Origin: a virus
Lineage: Duplodnaviria; Caudoviricetes
Virus record (IMG/VR): IMGVR_UViG_3300043803_001519
Coordinates: 1 to 53,318 of that record
Direction: 5' to 3' (one strand)
DNA: 53,318 nucleotides
Shown one piece after another: positions 51,872 to 53,318 of this stretch. The notes below the pieces were generated by a model. It was not told the origin of the DNA and did not search any database. It saw only the letters and a program-made list of their open reading frames with translations. Position 1 is the first letter of the stretch. Each line of letters starts with the position of its first letter. Position numbers and translations under genes: made by a program.

Positions 51872-53317
51872 TTACGGCTCCGGCGCGTTCGGGATGGCGT
51901 AGCCACCCGGGAACGGAATGGGCTTGGTGCTGGTGACCCAGTCGAGGACGTACCAGTACATGTCGGGCCGGCCGGGCTCGTCACCCGCGCCGGTCGAGTG
52001 GTACATGGCCTCCATCTCGAACCAGTGGTTGCTGCTCGAGCCGAACGGCGTAATGCCGCGCGCATCGCGAGTGAGCTTCGGGGCGTCGCCTTCCAGCGCC
52101 TCCCACATCATGAACGAGCTCTTCGATGGGTCGGCCTCGTTGTACTCCGCGAAGATCTCCCAGACCCACGGGCGGTCCGCGCCAATCGGCACGGCGTTCT
52201 TCGCCGCCGCCGAGTCCGGCCACCCGCGTCCGCCCGGGTGGACCCGGTTGAACATGTAGCACTGCTCGAGGTTCACCAGCGGATTGACGTACGAGTTGTC
52301 CAGGTTGCCGATCCGGCCGAGCTGGCCGAAGTTCTCGAGCCACTTCGCCTGGCGCTCGGCAGTCGTGCCGGTGTCGAAATTGGGCACGTTGCCCTGGACC
52401 GCGAACGCCAGGTGCGGGGCCTGGAAGCCGCTGCCCCAGGGGCTGTTCGTGAAGACCGCCCCGATCTCATCCTCGAGCGCCGGGCTGCCCCGGATGAACA
52501 CCGACGCAAAGCCGCTCGTGCGGTAGTGCTGGATCGCAATCTGCGCCGGGTCGAGCGTCCCGAGCGTGAAGAGCTTGAAGCCGCCGTTGCCGTTGCTATG
52601 GCGGTAGCCCAGCGTCTCCTTCGGGTAGTAGTACCGGCCGCGGATGTAGACGCGCTTGACCTCGGTCGAATTGACGCCGTTGACGAACTGCTGGTAGCCG
52701 GCCTCGTTGTAGCCGGCGTTCCACCGGCGCCGGAACCGCGCGGCCTTCTTCCCGGGCTCGACCGGCGAGTCTACCCAGTCGATGGAGTCAGCGCCGACCG
52801 TACCGGTGATGCCGCCGCCTGAGTTGCCGCGGGAGTCCTGAAGCAGCCGGGCCTTGTCGGTGATCGCCCGGGTCGGCACCTCCGCCGCGTTGATGTACAC
52901 CTTCTCCCAGTCGGTGGCGAAGAGCCCGCCGACGGCCGTCGCGATGCTGGCGAACTCCGCGCCGCCAACGGCGGGCTGCTGGACGACGACCGAGAACGTC
53001 TTGGCCACCCACTCGCCGCCGCTGTCGCCAACGGTGATGGTGATCGAGTACGTGCCCGGCGTGAGCGGCGTGCCGGTCAGCGTGCCGCCGGTGATGGCTG
53101 CGTAGTCAGCGAAGAACAGGCCGAGCCCTGCGTCCTGGGACATGACGCCCCAGAACTTGGCGCCGGCGGCTCCGCCCGTTGCCGCCAGCGAAGCAGTGTA
53201 GGGCTGTCCGGCCGTCGCGGCCGGGAGCGACACGGTCGTGATCCGCAGCGTCGGGTCAACACCAGGCGCGACCCCGTCGTCGGCGGAGAAGGTGACCGTG
53301 TAGGTGCCAGCCGTCGT
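51872..53317 (-). CDS. Ig-like (He_PIG/cadherin-type) repeat protein with C-terminal lectin/polysaccharide-lyase-like domain; 5'-truncated
   Basis: The frame is open to the window end. ITTVSLPAATAGQPYTASLAATGG...LTGTPLTPGTYSITITVGDS; C-terminal VYIRGRYYY...GGFKLF jelly-roll-like pattern. Confidence 0.65.
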   Translation of the reverse strand, partial: TTAGTYTVTFSADDGVAPGVDPTLRITTVSLPAATAGQPYTASLAATGGAAGAKFWGVMSQDAGLGLFFADYAAITGGTLTGTPLTPGTYSITITVGDSGGEWVAKTFSVVVQQPAVGGAEFASIATAVGGLFATDWEKVYINAAEVPTRAITDKARLLQDSRGNSGGGITGTVGADSIDWVDSPVEPGKKAARFRRRWNAGYNEAGYQQFVNGVNSTEVKRVYIRGRYYYPKETLGYRHSNGNGGFKLFTLGTLDPAQIAIQHYRTSGFASVFIRGSPALEDEIGAVFTNSPWGSGFQAPHLAFAVQGNVPNFDTGTTAERQAKWLENFGQLGRIGNLDNSYVNPLVNLEQCYMFNRVHPGGRGWPDSAAAKNAVPIGADRPWVWEIFAEYNEADPSKSSFMMWEALEGDAPKLTRDARGITPFGSSSNHWFEMEAMYHSTGAGDEPGRPDMYWYVLDWVTSTKPIPFPGGYAIPNAPEP

Positions 53318-53318
53318 G

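Noticed and set aside
1-53318. Stop-codon reassignment, integrase or tRNA genes
   Set aside because: Genes tile densely under the standard code using all three stops. No recombinase, repressor cassette or tRNA cloverleaf was recognised.

Overview
A ~53 kb, high-GC fragment of a tailed dsDNA bacteriophage genome, open at both ends. It is probably podovirus-like, and the spanins plus an SspA homologue point to a Gram-negative host, probably a Beta- or Gammaproteobacterium. There are two convergent arms. The + strand arm (1-16038) holds many small early or accessory genes and a replication block: a dATP/dGTP diphosphohydrolase-like protein, a GHKL-type ATPase, an AEP primase/SF3 helicase, a Cas4/RecB-like nuclease, an SNF2 helicase, a putative ssDNA-binding protein, a VRR-NUC-like nuclease, a phage-encoded SspA homologue and an AP2-domain protein. 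The - strand arm (53318 to 16122) holds Ig/beta-propeller proteins, TerS, TerL, a P22-like portal, scaffold, an N4-gp56/DUF4043-like major capsid protein, adaptor and tail-tube proteins, a tail fibre, ejection proteins (one of 2348 aa), an endolysin with spanins, an HslV-like peptidase and two tailspikes. The most striking feature is a TerL intein whose endonuclease VII-type homing nuclease is not in the intein frame. It is a separate gene with its own RBS, overprinted in another frame inside the intein. Other leads are an SspA + AP2 transcription module, possible donor-strand assembly of Ig-domain proteins, and a 12-aa basic micropeptide. All family assignments come from motif recognition by eye; no searches were run.
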